A DNA stretch of 63,838 nucleotides, the filler included, from Octopus bimaculoides (taxonomy: Eukaryota), in NCBI RefSeq assembly GCF_001194135.2. It is 4 parts of 4 records of this genome, joined end to end, with 100 filler letters (N's around TTAATTAATTAA, not from the genome) between each part and the next. Parts side by side here need not be neighbours in the genome. Positions count along the whole stretch, not along the records: positions 22,308 to 36,992 come from NC_068984.1; positions 37,093 to 62,638 come from NC_068986.1; 2 more parts are not named here. One strand, 5' to 3'. The position numbers and the translations under genes were made by a program. Every line of letters starts with the position of its first letter. The first letter of the stretch is position 1. Below the pieces are notes generated by a model that saw nothing but the letters and a program-made list of their open reading frames with translations, did no database searches and was not told the origin of the DNA. This document shows, in pieces, positions 35,460 to 48,673 of this stretch.

Positions 35460-35899
35460 CAAATAGTTGAAATTAATTTCTTTTTCCCGATAACTATCTC
35501 TTATTGACACGCTATTTTATGACATAGTTATTCGTGTATCTAATGATCGAATCGATTGAATGATTTTTCTCACATCACCTGCGAGTTACTAAATACAGTT
35601 TAAAATAGATACATCTTTAGAACCCCAGTTTCCCTATGTGTAACCGTAATGCGCCTTAGCGCCAAGGCACATTAGTTAGAAGTCATGGTAAGACCTGTGT
35701 TACAAACTAGGCTTCGCAGGTTTCTAAGCCCTCTGAATGCAAGACTGAGGGAAGATCAAGAGTCTTTTACATCCCTTTGGTCAAAAGTGAAGGTCTTCCG
35801 AATCTGATGAAAGAAACGACAAATTTCTGTATTGGGACACCTTCCCACGAAAGCTTGCAACAAGGTAGACACGGCTAAAAAAAGCATCCTAGGACCAGG

Positions 35900-36180
35900 C
35901 GATGATATCACACCAAGGAATTGTCTGTGGCTATCACCCAAGAAGGCTAGACTATATTTGAACTCAGAACACAAAGAGACCGAACAGCTATCGTAAGACA
36001 ACTCCCTTCCTCCGACACATTAATAATTCTGCCAGTCCAACGCCTAACGTTCGTAATTTATTTACCGACCGCGAAACTATAAAACACGAATTCGTTCGTA
36101 GTGGATTTGAACTCCGACTGCAAGAAGCCAGAAAATAGATTGGATAACATTTTATCCGTGCGATGCTCTACTTATTCTAT
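35900..36180 (-). mobile_element. Two old SINE-A remnants
   Basis: tatttgaactcagaacacaaag...ttctgccagtcc and ggatttgaactccgactgc are B-box reverse complements. Confidence 0.5.
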
Positions 36181-36297
36181 TAATTCGACACATAATGCGG
36201 CACTGTAACATTTTTTTGTTTTCTTTTTCAGAGCTGTGAGAGTTATAAATATCAACAGTCGTGTGATTCGAGATGATGAACAAATGAAACTAACCAA

Positions 36298-36331
<34 letters not shown>

Positions 36332-37439
36332 CTGCTGTGATATATTTCATAATGTGTGCAGTGAGTAGAAGATGGTAAATAGTGAGAAACGGGCAAAAGA
36401 AATGTGTTGAGCTGACGTACTGTAAGATACAGCAAATCACAAAAATAGTAAAAATTGAAGTGGTTAGTATATATTATAGAAGACAATAGCTAAATGCGTA
36501 TCAAAAGATATTATCTTCGGACTGATTTTATCAATTTTATTAAATTATATTTTAATTCAGTTTAAAAAAAGAATTTTTAATTGGATTTTGAATAAATTAT
36601 GAAATTAATTGTTCACGACTGCAATTTTATCATTCAATTATCTTTAATAGTTGTACCTAAATCTCCATTCTGAATGATCGCTTCTATACACCTGCAGATC
36701 CAGGAGGGACCAGGTGTAAAGCAAATTAAACATCCTGCCGGTCCGGAAGTCTATGACACTGGCTAGCGGCATGGACTAGAATATCCAGGCGTCGAACTAA
36801 AAGGTCCAGCAATTTGTCTCTATTAATTTATAAACGACGAATGTAAAATTATTAAGTTAAGCTATTCGGTTTAACAGGTTGCCGGTTCTACAGTCGGTAC
36901 ACGGGGATTTTGATAGCATCACCGAACATCATTTTTTAAAGTTAAAAGTCTTCTACCCTAAGTGCGTTCCGACCAAATATATCTATATATATNNNNNNNN
37001 NNNNNNNNNNNNNNNNNNNNNNNNNNNNNNNNNNNNTTAATTAATTAANNNNNNNNNNNNNNNNNNNNNNNNNNNNNNNNNNNNNNNNNNNNTATATATA
37101 TATATATATATGTTTGTATGGATGGATATATAATTACATACATATACATGCAAAAATACACACACATATTCATACACATACACGCACACATGTAATATAC
37201 AGAGAAAGTGCGGGTGAACGGGGTTGAGAATGAGAGAGATTGATGAATATATAGAATAGTCTGTTAGAACAATGTATATGTACACATATATACATACATG
37301 TATATATATTACACAACATACGCACACAATTTCATAACTGTATACTCTATCGTCTGCTAAGACAGTCGTTAGTTGTTTGCCATATTTACCAAACAACAAA
37401 AAACACCATAACTCAAAACGCATCGAGATCAATTCAACC

Positions 37440-37525
37440 AGGAAGAGGCCTCTACATGACTATCCGGCATGCTAGAAATAGCAACCAAATCTACCCCGAA
37501 TCAGACGCCTACATTTTGAAAAAAA
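37440..37525 (+). repeat. Short dispersed repeat fragment (also 45236-45320)
   Basis: ctagaaatagcaaccaaatctaccccgaatcag versus ttagaaatagctgcgaaaatctccctcagatcac. Confidence 0.45.
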
Positions 37526-37536
37526 TATGTAAGATC

Positions 37537-37950
37537 AGCGCAGGTGTGGCTGTGGTAAGAAGTTTGCTTTGCAGCCACATGGTTACGGGTTCTGTCCCTT
37601 TGCGTGGTACCTTGAGCAAGTGTTTTCTATTATAGCCTTGTGAGAGGATTTGGTAGACGGAAACTGAAAGAAGCCCGTTACATGTGTGTGTGTGTGTGTG
37701 CGCACAAACACACACACACGTACATACATACTTCGTATGTATGTATGTGTTTTGTCCCTCACAAACCGCTTGAGAACTGGTGTAGGTTTGTTTACGTCCT
37801 CATAACGTAGTGGTTGGGCAAAAAGTGTCGGATAAAATATGTTCTCGGTTTGAAAATAAGTGCTGGGGTCGCTTTGTTCGGCTAAACCTTTCACATCAGT
37901 GCCCCAGCGTGGCCGCAGTCTAATGACTGAAATAGTTTTAAGAGATAAAA
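37537..37950 (+). mobile_element. SINE-B, older full-length copy with a small internal deletion
   Basis: gcgcaggtgtggctgtggtaagaag...gatttggtagacggaaactgaaagaagcccg...gtggccgcagtctaatgactgaaa. Confidence 0.9.
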
Positions 37951-38729
37951 CCACGAAACAAACAAACAAACAATAAATGGATAAATAAATAAATAAATAA
38001 ATAAAAGGTCACGATGAATAATGCAATGCGGGGCAGACTGTTCTGGTAACAAAAAAATGAAAAAGGAAAAGTGTACAAGGTGAAAACCTCATGGGTTTGG
38101 ATGCCTTTGATCGTCGGTCTACTCGGAGGAGTCGAAGTTAAACACTACGATCACTACTACTACAACAGCTACAGCAATCACGACCCCACACCACCGCTAA
38201 GACCACTACTACCGCCCCTGCCATTATCAAAAAATACCAGCAGCAACAACTACAACCTTAACAATACTATATCAATGTACTACGATGAAGCGCTACCGAT
38301 ACTTCATTGTCTGTCTGTCTATATCTCTCACTCAGTCTCTCTCCCTATCTCTATCTCTATCTCTCACTCAGTATCTCTCTCTCTGTCTCTGATACATAGT
38401 ATAGCTTACGTTTTTCTTTACTTTCTGCTTTTATTTGACTCGCATCTAATTTACACATGCATCACTCTTTGACATATATGCATTCGATGCGCAAAATGTG
38501 CTTTTAGATACATGCATAATTCAATAAGATACCCAACCACTTAACTTCGATTTCTTCACCCCCTCCACTTCTCTCTCACTCACTCACACTCTCTCTTCCT
38601 TCCCCCCCCCTCGCTCTCTTCTTTGCTGTTCCATTTTTTTTTCCTTTGTTGTTATGTGTTTACCCTAACCCTCCTTAGCAATCTCAGCCTCTCTCTCTCT
38701 CCCTGGTTCAATCTCACCGTTTCTCGCTA

Positions 38730-38732
38730 TCA

Positions 38733-38819
<87 letters not shown>

Positions 38820-38981
38820 CGTCTATCTATCTATCTGTCTGGCTGACTGATTGTCTTCATCCCTCTATTTCTGCCAGTAATTCCCTTTCTGGCCTCCTCT
38901 TTTCACCTTTGCCTGAGTATCAGGGCATATATGTGTATATGTGTATGTATGCATATGCATGTATTTATGTATATGTATATG

Positions 38982-39043
<62 letters not shown>

Positions 39044-39082
39044 TACAGGCTAACACATACAGACTCGTGTGCATGCATATCG

Positions 39083-39119
<37 letters not shown>

Positions 39120-39120
39120 T
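38730..39120. repeat. (TATC)n and (TA)n microsatellites
   Basis: Directly visible. Confidence 0.95.
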
Positions 39121-39326
39121 ATGTATGGAAGCGTGTTTGTATGTGCATGTGCCTGCGTGTGTTTTTTATTGTTTATATTTATTTTTTTTTTTTAACAAAA
39201 ATTTCCCACTTGGGACTTCGATGTTATGTCTGTCGTTTGTTTTCCGTACATAAAGCAAATATACCCATATAAATATACGTATGTGCATACATACGTACAT
39301 AAATTTAACTATCAATCTATGCATAC

Positions 39327-39362
<36 letters not shown>

Positions 39363-39456
39363 TTATCTATCAAAACACCAACCTCTTTTTTACCATTTAA
39401 GCGCACACATACACACACACACATAGAAATACATGTACATATAGAGAGGAATGGGA

Positions 39457-39489
<33 letters not shown>

Positions 39490-40192
39490 GTCTTCGTGTT
39501 TGTGTTCGTCTCTTTCGATTTATTAACCGGTGTTCTTTTGTTCATATTCTCGTAACATAGCGGCTTAGCAAAAAAAAAAAAAAAAAANNNNNNNNNNNNN
39601 NNNNNNNNNNNNNNNNNNNNNNNNNNNNNNNNNNNNNNNNNNNNNNNNNNNNNNNNNNNNNNNNNNNNNNNNNNNNNNNNNNNNNNNNNNNNNNNNNNNN
39701 NNNNNNNNNNNNNNNNNNNNNNNNNNNNNNNNNNNNNNNNNNNNNNNNNNNNNNNNNNNNNNNNNNNNNNNNNNNNNNNNNNNNNNNNNNNNNNNNNNNN
39801 NNNNNNNNNNNNNNNNNNNNNNNNNNNNNNNNNNNNNNNNNNNNNNNNNNNNNNNNNNNNNNNNNNNNNNNNNNNNNNNNNNNNNNNNNNNNNNNNNNNN
39901 NNNNNNNNNNNNNNNNNNNNNNNNNNNNNNNNNNNNNNNNNNNNNNNNNNNNNNNNNNNNNNNNNNNNNNNNNNNNNNNNNNNNNNNNNNNNNNNNNNNN
40001 NNNNNNNNNNNNNNNNNNNNNNNNNNNNNNNNNNNNNNNNNNNNNNNNNNNNNNNNNNNNNNNNNNNNNNNNNNNNNNNNNNNNNNNNNNNNNNNNNNNN
40101 NNNNNNNNNNNNNNNNNNNNNNNNNNNNNNNNNNNNNNNNNNNNNNNNNNNNNNNNNNNNNNNNNNNNNNNNNNNNNNNNNNNNNNNNNNNN

Positions 40193-40246
<54 letters not shown>

Positions 40247-40675
40247 TGCTTGTATATGTATATGTTCTCAGTTAACAAATCGCCATTTCGATAACGCAGC
40301 GACGTAACTGAGATTTTTCTCTCAACTACTGTCAACATAGAACTTACCCATGCGCGTTTATTTACTCTTTAATGAATTCACACATGTAAACTGTCTATCG
40401 TCTGTCATTCTGTGCATCTGTCTACCTGCCTGTCCATCTGTGTGTATGTATGTTTGTGTGTGTTTGTCTGTTTATCTGTGTGTCTGTCTGTCTTTCTGTT
40501 TGTCTGTATGTATATGTGCATGCATTTTTGTCTCTCTCTCTCTGTTCTCTATGTATTTATCCAGTCTCACCGACATTGTCCTTCTATGTAACGTATCCTT
40601 TCCATTAAACATTCTGCTACACACACACACGCACACACACAAGCGTATTCACACACATTACCAGTAAATTACACC

Positions 40676-40677
40676 AA

Positions 40678-40729
<52 letters not shown>

Positions 40730-40818
40730 TTACGGTCACCGATATTGCACAAACGAACACAGTACAAAAAGTGCACCTTCTCTTCCTCACTGTCTTTCTC
40801 TCTTGCTCTTTGCTCTCT

Positions 40819-40897
<79 letters not shown>

Positions 40898-41110
40898 CGT
40901 TTACCATTCTCTCCGCTCTGTAGGCTTCTATTTGCATAGTAAATTGCTTCAGTTTGATTCACCTCCATCCTGCAGATCCCCTTTCCTTTCTCACAACTAT
41001 TCAATCACTCTCTCTCTCTCTGTCTCTCTCTCTCTCTGTCTCTCTCTCTCTCTCTGTCTGTCTCTCTCTCTCTTCCTCACTCCCTCCCTCATTCACTCAC
41101 TCCCAGTCGC
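40676..41110. repeat. (TATC)n tracts and a CT-rich tract
   Basis: Directly visible. Confidence 0.95.
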
Positions 41111-41718
41111 TCACCCATTCACTTCCTCTCTGTCTTCTCTCTCTATTTTCCCCCCTTTCCGCCATACTTCAACTCCTCTTACTTTACTGTCATCGTACTC
41201 TCTCCTCACACCACACCTGCATCTGTTTGTTTCTGCTTCCACAATCTGTCTCGGTCTATCAGTCACTGTTTGTATGGATGGATGGATGACGGATGGATGG
41301 ATGGATGGATGTACGGATGGATCGATGGATCGATGGATAGGCGTAGGGCCGACTACACTATTTGTTGCTGTTGTTATTTTTTATGTATTTGTTCATACGG
41401 ATTTCATTGGCGTTGTTTTCTCTCATTTTCTTTTTGCTTTACCGTTTCCATTCTTTCTCTCTCTCTTTCTCTCACACCCTTTCTTTCTTTCTCCTTTTCG
41501 CCTATCTTCGTTCATCAAAACCTCATTATCTGTGCATTATCTGTCTATGTATCTATATCTTAATTGACAAATACAAATACACACACTCGTAAACACAAAC
41601 ACACAAACAGAAAACAACTCAGAGCTATGTTTATACATACATACATCCATATATAGACACGCTCATACATATATACACATCGATGTATATATATATATAT
41701 ACATACATATATAGTTAC

Positions 41719-41761
<43 letters not shown>

Positions 41762-42623
41762 GGTTCAAATGTGCAAAAAGCAAAAGACAGACACGTGAAG
41801 GAACAACAAGCAAGGTGTATTAGCTTGACGCTCGCGTAAAATGGAAAAGTATCTGACGTTTTGAGTCTACAGTCTTCGGCAGAAAAGGATGAAGCAAAAC
41901 ACGGAGAAAAACATGGAGAGAAAGAGAGGAAAATAAGCGAAAAGAGAAAAAGAAACGTGTCGGGANNNNNNNNNNNNNNNNNNNNNNNNNNNNNNNNNNN
42001 NNNNNNNNNNNNNNNNNNNNNNNNNNNNNNNNNNNNNNNNNNNNNNNNNNNNNNNNNNNNNNNNNNNNNNNNNNNNNNNNNNNNNNNNNNNNNNNNNNNN
42101 NNNNNNNNNNNNNNNNNNNNNNNNNNNNNNNNNNNNNNNNNNNNNNNNNNNNNNNNNNNNNNNNNNNNNNNNNNNNNNNNNNNNNNNNNNNNNNNNNNNN
42201 NNNNNNNNNNNNNNNNNNNNNNNNNNNNNNNNNNNNNNNNNNNNNNNNNNNNNNNNNNNNNNNNNNNNNNNNNNNNNNNNNNNNNNNNNNNNNNNNNNNN
42301 NNNNNNNNNNNNNNNNNNNNNNNNNNNNNNNNNNNNNNNNNNNNNNNNNNNNNNNNNNNNNNNNNNNNNNNNNNNNNNNNNNNNNNNNNNNNNNNNNNNN
42401 NNNNNNNNNNNNNNNNNNNNNNNNNNNNNNNNNNNNNNNNNNNNNNNNNNNNNNNNNNNNNNNNNNNNNNNNNNNNNNNNNNNNNNNNNNNNNNNNNNNN
42501 NNNNNNNNNNNNNNNNNNNNNNNNNNNNNNNNNNNNNNNNNNNNNNNNNNNNNNNNNNNNNNNNNNNNNNNNNNNNNNNNNNNNNNNNNNNNNNNNNNNN
42601 NNTATATATATATATATATTATG

Positions 42624-42669
<46 letters not shown>

Positions 42670-43214
42670 CAGGTATGTATGCACGCACAAATATGTATAA
42701 TGTGCAAGTAAAAGTGCACAACGTAACCAAAATTTAGATCTGAACGAATTCGTTTGTACCCTGTCAGAGAAACATCTGAAACCTTTTCTCATTATTTAGT
42801 CGAACTTTCTTGCCACAGATCTCAGTTGTTATAAAGACGCCAGAGTGTAACTTAGAAAAACAAAGCTAGAATGTTAGTTCTTGAATTATATACTAATGTC
42901 ATTCTTGCATGTATTTAGTAAATATTGTTAGACTGAATTAAATAATCGTGGTCCAATATATCAATTAAATCTTCGCATCATCAGAGTTTACTTTGGGATG
43001 GGAAGTTCACATTAGTATATTGGGGCAGGATTGTATAATTCGGCCTTGTAATCCTCACCGAAACATATGTAAGAATGACATAAGTGTATAGTTACAAACT
43101 AAATTTCCTGTCTAATTCTTTCTTTCTTAAAAAACGGAAACGTTTAAACAACGCGTTACGGTTTCAAGTTTTAGGCAGGTACAGACTACATGTCTGCGCG
43201 ATATGTTGCTATAG

Positions 43215-44950
43215 CTCATTCAGTTGTGGTTGACGTTTTTAATAATCATATTTTCTTTAACAATCATATATTCATTAGTTTTGTCAGAACAAAAGATAAA
43301 GTTGGAAAACTTAGAATTTGGGGGTTCATTTGGTGAAAATATATCTAAATGTTTACTTAAAGTAATCTGTGGAATATTAGGTCTCAAATAAGTTTCATTT
43401 AGCCTTTGTAGTTTTTTCAATAGCATAAATTAAATTTTTTGACACTCAGACGAAGTGATTTTTTTTTACAGTGAAGATATGTCCCAACTTAAGTTTATGG
43501 GATGTCTCTTGTATTAGGATGATACCGGTTCTTCAGTTGGAGCGATCACACCTTTTGACTGTTCGAGTTATATTTTTAGTAGGTAAGTAATATTATGGGA
43601 AGTTTGGTTGTCTTTTGCTTTTAAATATTTTGAATGGGTCGAATGTTTTTCTCACTTTTGGACTTTGCTTCAATAATGGGATGTTTTTTTTATGGATAAT
43701 GTAAGTTTCTTGCGTTGTGTGTTATGGCTTAAGCTAGAGCGTTTGGTGTATCGGAATTGGCTTTTGTTCTTCGCAATTTTTGAAAACATCTTGCTTTCAC
43801 ACAGTCTATCCCGTTATCAAATAACATTGTTGGGTATGGTCTATTAAGCTACATTTATTTTAGTTCTTGGTGTCTTTTACTACCCACTTCCATATTCGAA
43901 ACGATTGAACATATTCTTCTGACTAGATTAAATGTTGTATTTGTTTTGGGCGGCTTAAAGTGTATAGTAAGTATTGTTTTGAATCTGTTGCTTTGTAGTG
44001 AATGTCGAAAAGATAGTTGCAGGAAAGATAGTCGATTGTGACTGTATTCTTTTACGATATTCATATTGTTGTTTATGTTATTAATTTGAATTTTGAACTC
44101 ATTAACTTAATCAAGTTCATAGATCTACAGGATGCGGCAGTTATCCAAGTAACGTTCCCAATTTGTATAATTCGTACTCATGGGAGATGATGCTATGCAT
44201 TAGTTTATATCATTCATATATTTGAACTTCTAGGTCTGCCTTAACAAAATTTGTGTAAGTTGGGACTGATGTTGTTCCCACTGCAGTCCCTGATACGTGT
44301 TTGTAAATGCAGCTACTGAAGTCCAAAATAATAATTTTAGGATGAATTTCATTCCTTCAGTAATTAGTCATTTGTCTGTTAGGTCTGGGATCACATGAGA
44401 GAATTTTTAAAGCTAGAATTCTCTAGACTAAAAAGTCTATAGACTAAAAAGTCTATAGACTAAAAACAAAGTATTACAGAGATACTATTACAGAGGTTTG
44501 TCACATCAAATAATACAGTAAAGAAGTCTGTGTTAAATTTTTTCGGAAAGTGGTTTATCAAGTACAAGTACTGTCTTATAAAGCTTGGTATCTATTTCAA
44601 GATAGGTTTCAACAGAACCTGCAAAGTTGCGGAGTCTGTGTTTCTCACCTGCTACAACAGGTCTTAATTTAAGATCGTTCAGGTATGGTATGTCTATATA
44701 AGTTGAGGTTGCCTTTTGATGGGCGTTGTATATTGTTTTGCCCCTATGAGTTTTTAGGAGATTGTATGAAATGTTTGTTTACAAAAAGAAAAGAAAAAAT
44801 TCGTAGTCGCATTCTTTGTTTGTTAAACCTTTTCAGCGTAGCAAAACGTAGGTGCTAAGCTTTTTTGTAGTTTCTGATAATTGGTAATCGTTTACATTTT
44901 CATAATAGTTCGTGTCTAATAATTTCTGTAGTAGTCAACATTCTCAATGA
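43215..44950 (-). mobile_element. Penelope-like retroelement, degenerate RT plus GIY-YIG region
   Basis: Minus-strand motifs in order: LLKPIL (about 44610), LFDVTNL (about 44505), SGTAVGTTSVPTYTNFV (about 44280; GTAMG motif), WERYLDN (44140-44160; YxDD), LSFLQL...FNLVRRICSIVS, TVKRCDRSN, NLIYAI, KE..I.K..PQLN. Multiple stops and frameshifts. Confidence 0.88.
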
Positions 44951-45152
44951 CTACAGCATTCCTAATATCTGCTTTTACAATTATAGTCATTAGTGTTTAT
45001 GTATGTATATGACACACACACATACACACGCGCGCGCGCACGCAAATACATATAGACGTGCATACATACATGCATACATGCATACCTACCTACCTACCTA
45101 CCTACCTACTTACCTACCTACCTATCTACCTACCTACCAACTTACTTATATG

Positions 45153-45206
<54 letters not shown>

Positions 45207-45768
45207 ACAAGAAGTAATATGCCAAACGGACAAAGAAACCTCGGGGTTGTCTATCGATATGTTAGAAATAGCTGCGAAAATCTCCCTCAGATCACCCCTG
45301 ACTGTCTTAATATGATTGCTAGAATTACATTCGATAAANNNNNNNNNNNNNNNNNNNNNNNNNNNNNNNNNNNNNNNNNNNNNNNNNNNNNNNNNNNNNN
45401 NNNNNNNNNNNNNNNNNNNNNNNNNNNNNNNNNNNNNNNNNNNNNNNNNNNNNNNNNNNNNNNNNNNNNNNNNNNNNNNNNNNNNNNNNNNNNNNNNNNN
45501 NNNNNNNNNNNNNNNNNNNNNNNNNNNNNNNNNNNNNNNNNNNNNNNNNNNNNNNNNNNNNNNNNNNNNNNNNNNNNNNNNNNNNNNNNNNNNNNNNNNN
45601 NNNNNNNNNNNNNNNNNNNNNNNNNNNNNNNNNNNNNNNNNNNNNNNNNNNNNNNNNNNNNNNNNNNNNNNNNNNNNNNNNNNNNNNNNNNNNNNNNNNN
45701 NNNNNNNNNNNNNNNNNNNNNNNNNNNNNNNNNNNNNNNNNNNNNNNNNNNNNNNNNNNNNNNNNNNN

Positions 45769-46808
45769 AACACCACCACCACCACCACCACCACCACCAC
45801 CACCATCATCATCACCACCACCGTCTCACCAACCGCGACCGCTAGCATCACGACAACGACGACGATGACGACAACCCTACCACGTCATGTTATTCTCAGT
45901 GAGTTCCATTAAATTGACCCAAGGGATCGAAAACAAGAGACCCCCAATGCACTTTGAGACTATATACTTGCTGTTGTTCGATCGACCCACCCTCACTTCC
46001 ACCATTTCCTCACCACAATGACAAACCACCGTCACCACTACCACCCTAACCACCTCCCTACCCGCAGCCAGCACAGATTGATTTCACTTTAAACAATGAT
46101 GTATTACTCACTAATCTCCTTATTTGTTGTTGCTGATTTGTGTGTTCATGCGGCGCCATGATGCCGTCTCGATGTTGTTGGTGCTGTTCTTGTTGTTCTC
46201 TTGGTAGTGGTGGAGGTGTTGGGGGTGGTGGTGGAATAATGATTGTGGCGGTGGTAGTAGTGAAGTAGTGGTAGAGGTGGTTGTCGTGATTCTTGTGATA
46301 ATTGCCGTACTGGTGGCGGCAGAAGTGGCGGGCGTCATGGCTACTGGTGTGGGTGTTGCCGTTGTTGTCTCGGTGGTGGTACTAGTGGTAGTCACTGCCA
46401 TAGCCATAGTAATAGTGCTGATGATGGTCACTGTGGTTGCTGTTGTTGTTGAGGCATTTATTGTAGTGATGGTGGTAGTCTGTGACTGTTATTGTGTCTG
46501 TTATCGTTGTTAATGTGCCAGTAAAAGTGGTAGTAAATGCTGTAGGAATAGTTTTGGCAAAGTTCTGTGGTCGCTGCCTTGATTGCTGTTGCTGCTGTTG
46601 CAGTTGTAACAGTGAAGCTGGAGGTTGTAGCTGTGACGGCGGTAGTAGCGGTGACGGAGGTGGTAATCGTTCTGGTAACAGTGTAGGTCGTAGTAGTAGC
46701 TGTTGTTGTTAGTGTTGTTGTAGTGGCGCATGTTTTTGTTATTGCTGTTGTTATTGTTGTAGTTGTTGTTATTGCTGCTCTTGCTGGTGGTGGTGCTGGC
46801 GGTGGTAA

Positions 46809-46857
<49 letters not shown>

Positions 46858-46867
46858 TGTGGTGGTG

Positions 46868-46930
<63 letters not shown>

Positions 46931-46975
46931 CTAGTATTAGTAGTAGTAGTAGTAGCAGTAGTAGTAGTAGTAGAG
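45769..46975. repeat. Mosaic trinucleotide tract (CAC, then GGT/GTA/GTT)
   Basis: Directly visible; source of the poly-Val/Ser/Thr pseudo-ORFs. Confidence 0.9.
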
Positions 46976-47189
46976 ACATTGACCTTTGTGAAGTTGTTTC
47001 TGCAATCTATGCTAAAAGGCGTTCCTGCCGTGTCCTTCCCCTATTTTTGTCCCCTCAGACATAATGCATTTAGGACTACATAATCCAGTGAGTATCTTCC
47101 TTTTTCATGACAAGATATGAATTAAGGGATTTTTGTGTGGCTATTCCTCGCATATTATTATCGCTGACAATACAATAGCAAGAGAAGTG

Positions 47190-47410
47190 AAGCCGACGGG
47201 ATGGAAGACGCGTTAGCCCCGAAGGACAAAATGCTTAGCAGTTCTCCTAGGTCTTTACGTTCTGAGTTCAAATGTCGCCGAAGACGACTTTGCTTTTCAT
47301 CCTTTCGGGGTTGATAAATTAAGTACCAGTGGAGTACTGGGATGGGGGGGGGCGACGTAATCGACTTCCCCTCCCTCAGAATTGCTGGCCCTGTGCCAAA
47401 TTTAGAAAAG
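47190..47410 (+). mobile_element. SINE-A, tail type 1
   Basis: gttctgagttcaaatgtcgccgaagacgactttgcttttcatcctttcggggttgataaattaagtaccag...aattgctggccctgtgccaaattt. Confidence 0.88.
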
Positions 47411-47429
47411 ACAAAATAGCAAGAGACAT

Positions 47430-47530
47430 GGAGGCGGTGGTTGTAGTGGTGGAAATGATGGTGGCAGTGGTGGTGATAATGTCGGTATTATTGTTGTTGG
47501 TGATGGTGATAGTGGCAGCAGCAGCAGCAC

Positions 47531-47576
<46 letters not shown>

Positions 47577-47706
47577 TGTTGTTGTTGTTGTGGTGGTGGT
47601 GATGCTGGTATTTTTAGTCATAGTGGTAGGAGTGGAAACGGTAATACTGGAAGAGGTGGTAGTGGTGACACTGATAATGATGGTGAAGGTGGTAGGAAAT
47701 GAGGTA

Positions 47707-47756
<50 letters not shown>

Positions 47757-48480
47757 ATGTACTGCTGGCCTAGTGCCAAAATTTCAAACTTTTATTAAGA
47801 TTGTATTAGTTGTCTAACGATATGAATGAAAATGATGACGAAGTTGACAGCGGCGATGGTGGTGGTGGCGGCGTCGGCGGTGATGTTTGTGGTGGTGGTG
47901 ATGGTGTTGCTGTTGTTGTTGTTGTTGTTGTTCTTGGTGGTGGTGGTGGTGGTATTGATGTTGGTGGTGCCAAACATGATGACGACGATGGTGATAGTAA
48001 TAATGCTACTGCTGATGATGATAATGACGATGCCGCCGCCGCCGACGACGACGACGACGACGGCTATGACTGCCATGACGGTGACGACAGCCGGCGCTGA
48101 CGGCGACGACAGCGGCAGCGATGATGGCAACGGTGTCGATGAATGTTGATGAGGATTACGATGATGTTGTTATTGTTAGCGCTCTTTCTGATTGTTAACA
48201 ATCGCCATTATTGATGTTATTGATATCATTGTTATGGTTATTTAGCCTTAATAGGTAAGGTGGGCACCTGTCTTTTTTCTTTCCTTTTTTTTTAAGTGCC
48301 TCTTAATTGCTTCATATTTGAAATGGGTTTCCATTTTTGTTATAATTTTTATTATTTATAACGATATTGTTGTGAACTGAACTCGTAACTCTTCCAATAT
48401 CGTTGCTATTGTTGTTACTGCTACTGCTGCTGCTGCTGCTGCTGCTGATGCTGTTGTTGTTGTTGTTGTTGTTGTTAATT
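47430..48480. repeat. Mosaic trinucleotide tract (GTA/GGT/GAC/GAT/GCT)
   Basis: Directly visible. Confidence 0.9.
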
Positions 48481-48627
48481 CTATTCATGTTATTGTCGTT
48501 GTCGATATCTAGTAATTGTTCCCATTGCCGTTAAGGTGTTAATGTGTTAATTCAGCTATTTTATTCATTTTTATATTCATATATTCACATGTATGTATGG
48601 TTTTCTGTGTGCATGTATGTATATGTG

Positions 48628-48673
<46 letters not shown>

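Noticed and set aside
34630-36890. Similar ttaac..gtt.ccgg motifs at about 34632 and 36871 as piggyBac-like ends
   Set aside because: They are in the same orientation, the match is short, and no inverted partner was identified.
42960-43225. Possible Penelope-associated hammerheads on the minus strand (ctgatgatgcgaag; ctgaatgagc...gacatgta)
   Set aside because: The core GAAA is absent or mutated and the stems do not pair. The second motif coincides with the ORF-terminal LN codons. An Infernal scan would be decisive.
47810-48149. Asp/Gly-rich ORF resembling an acidic biomineral or disordered protein
   Set aside because: All frames are open because of triplet repeats. There are no splice signals or signal peptide, and it is embedded in a larger triplet mosaic.
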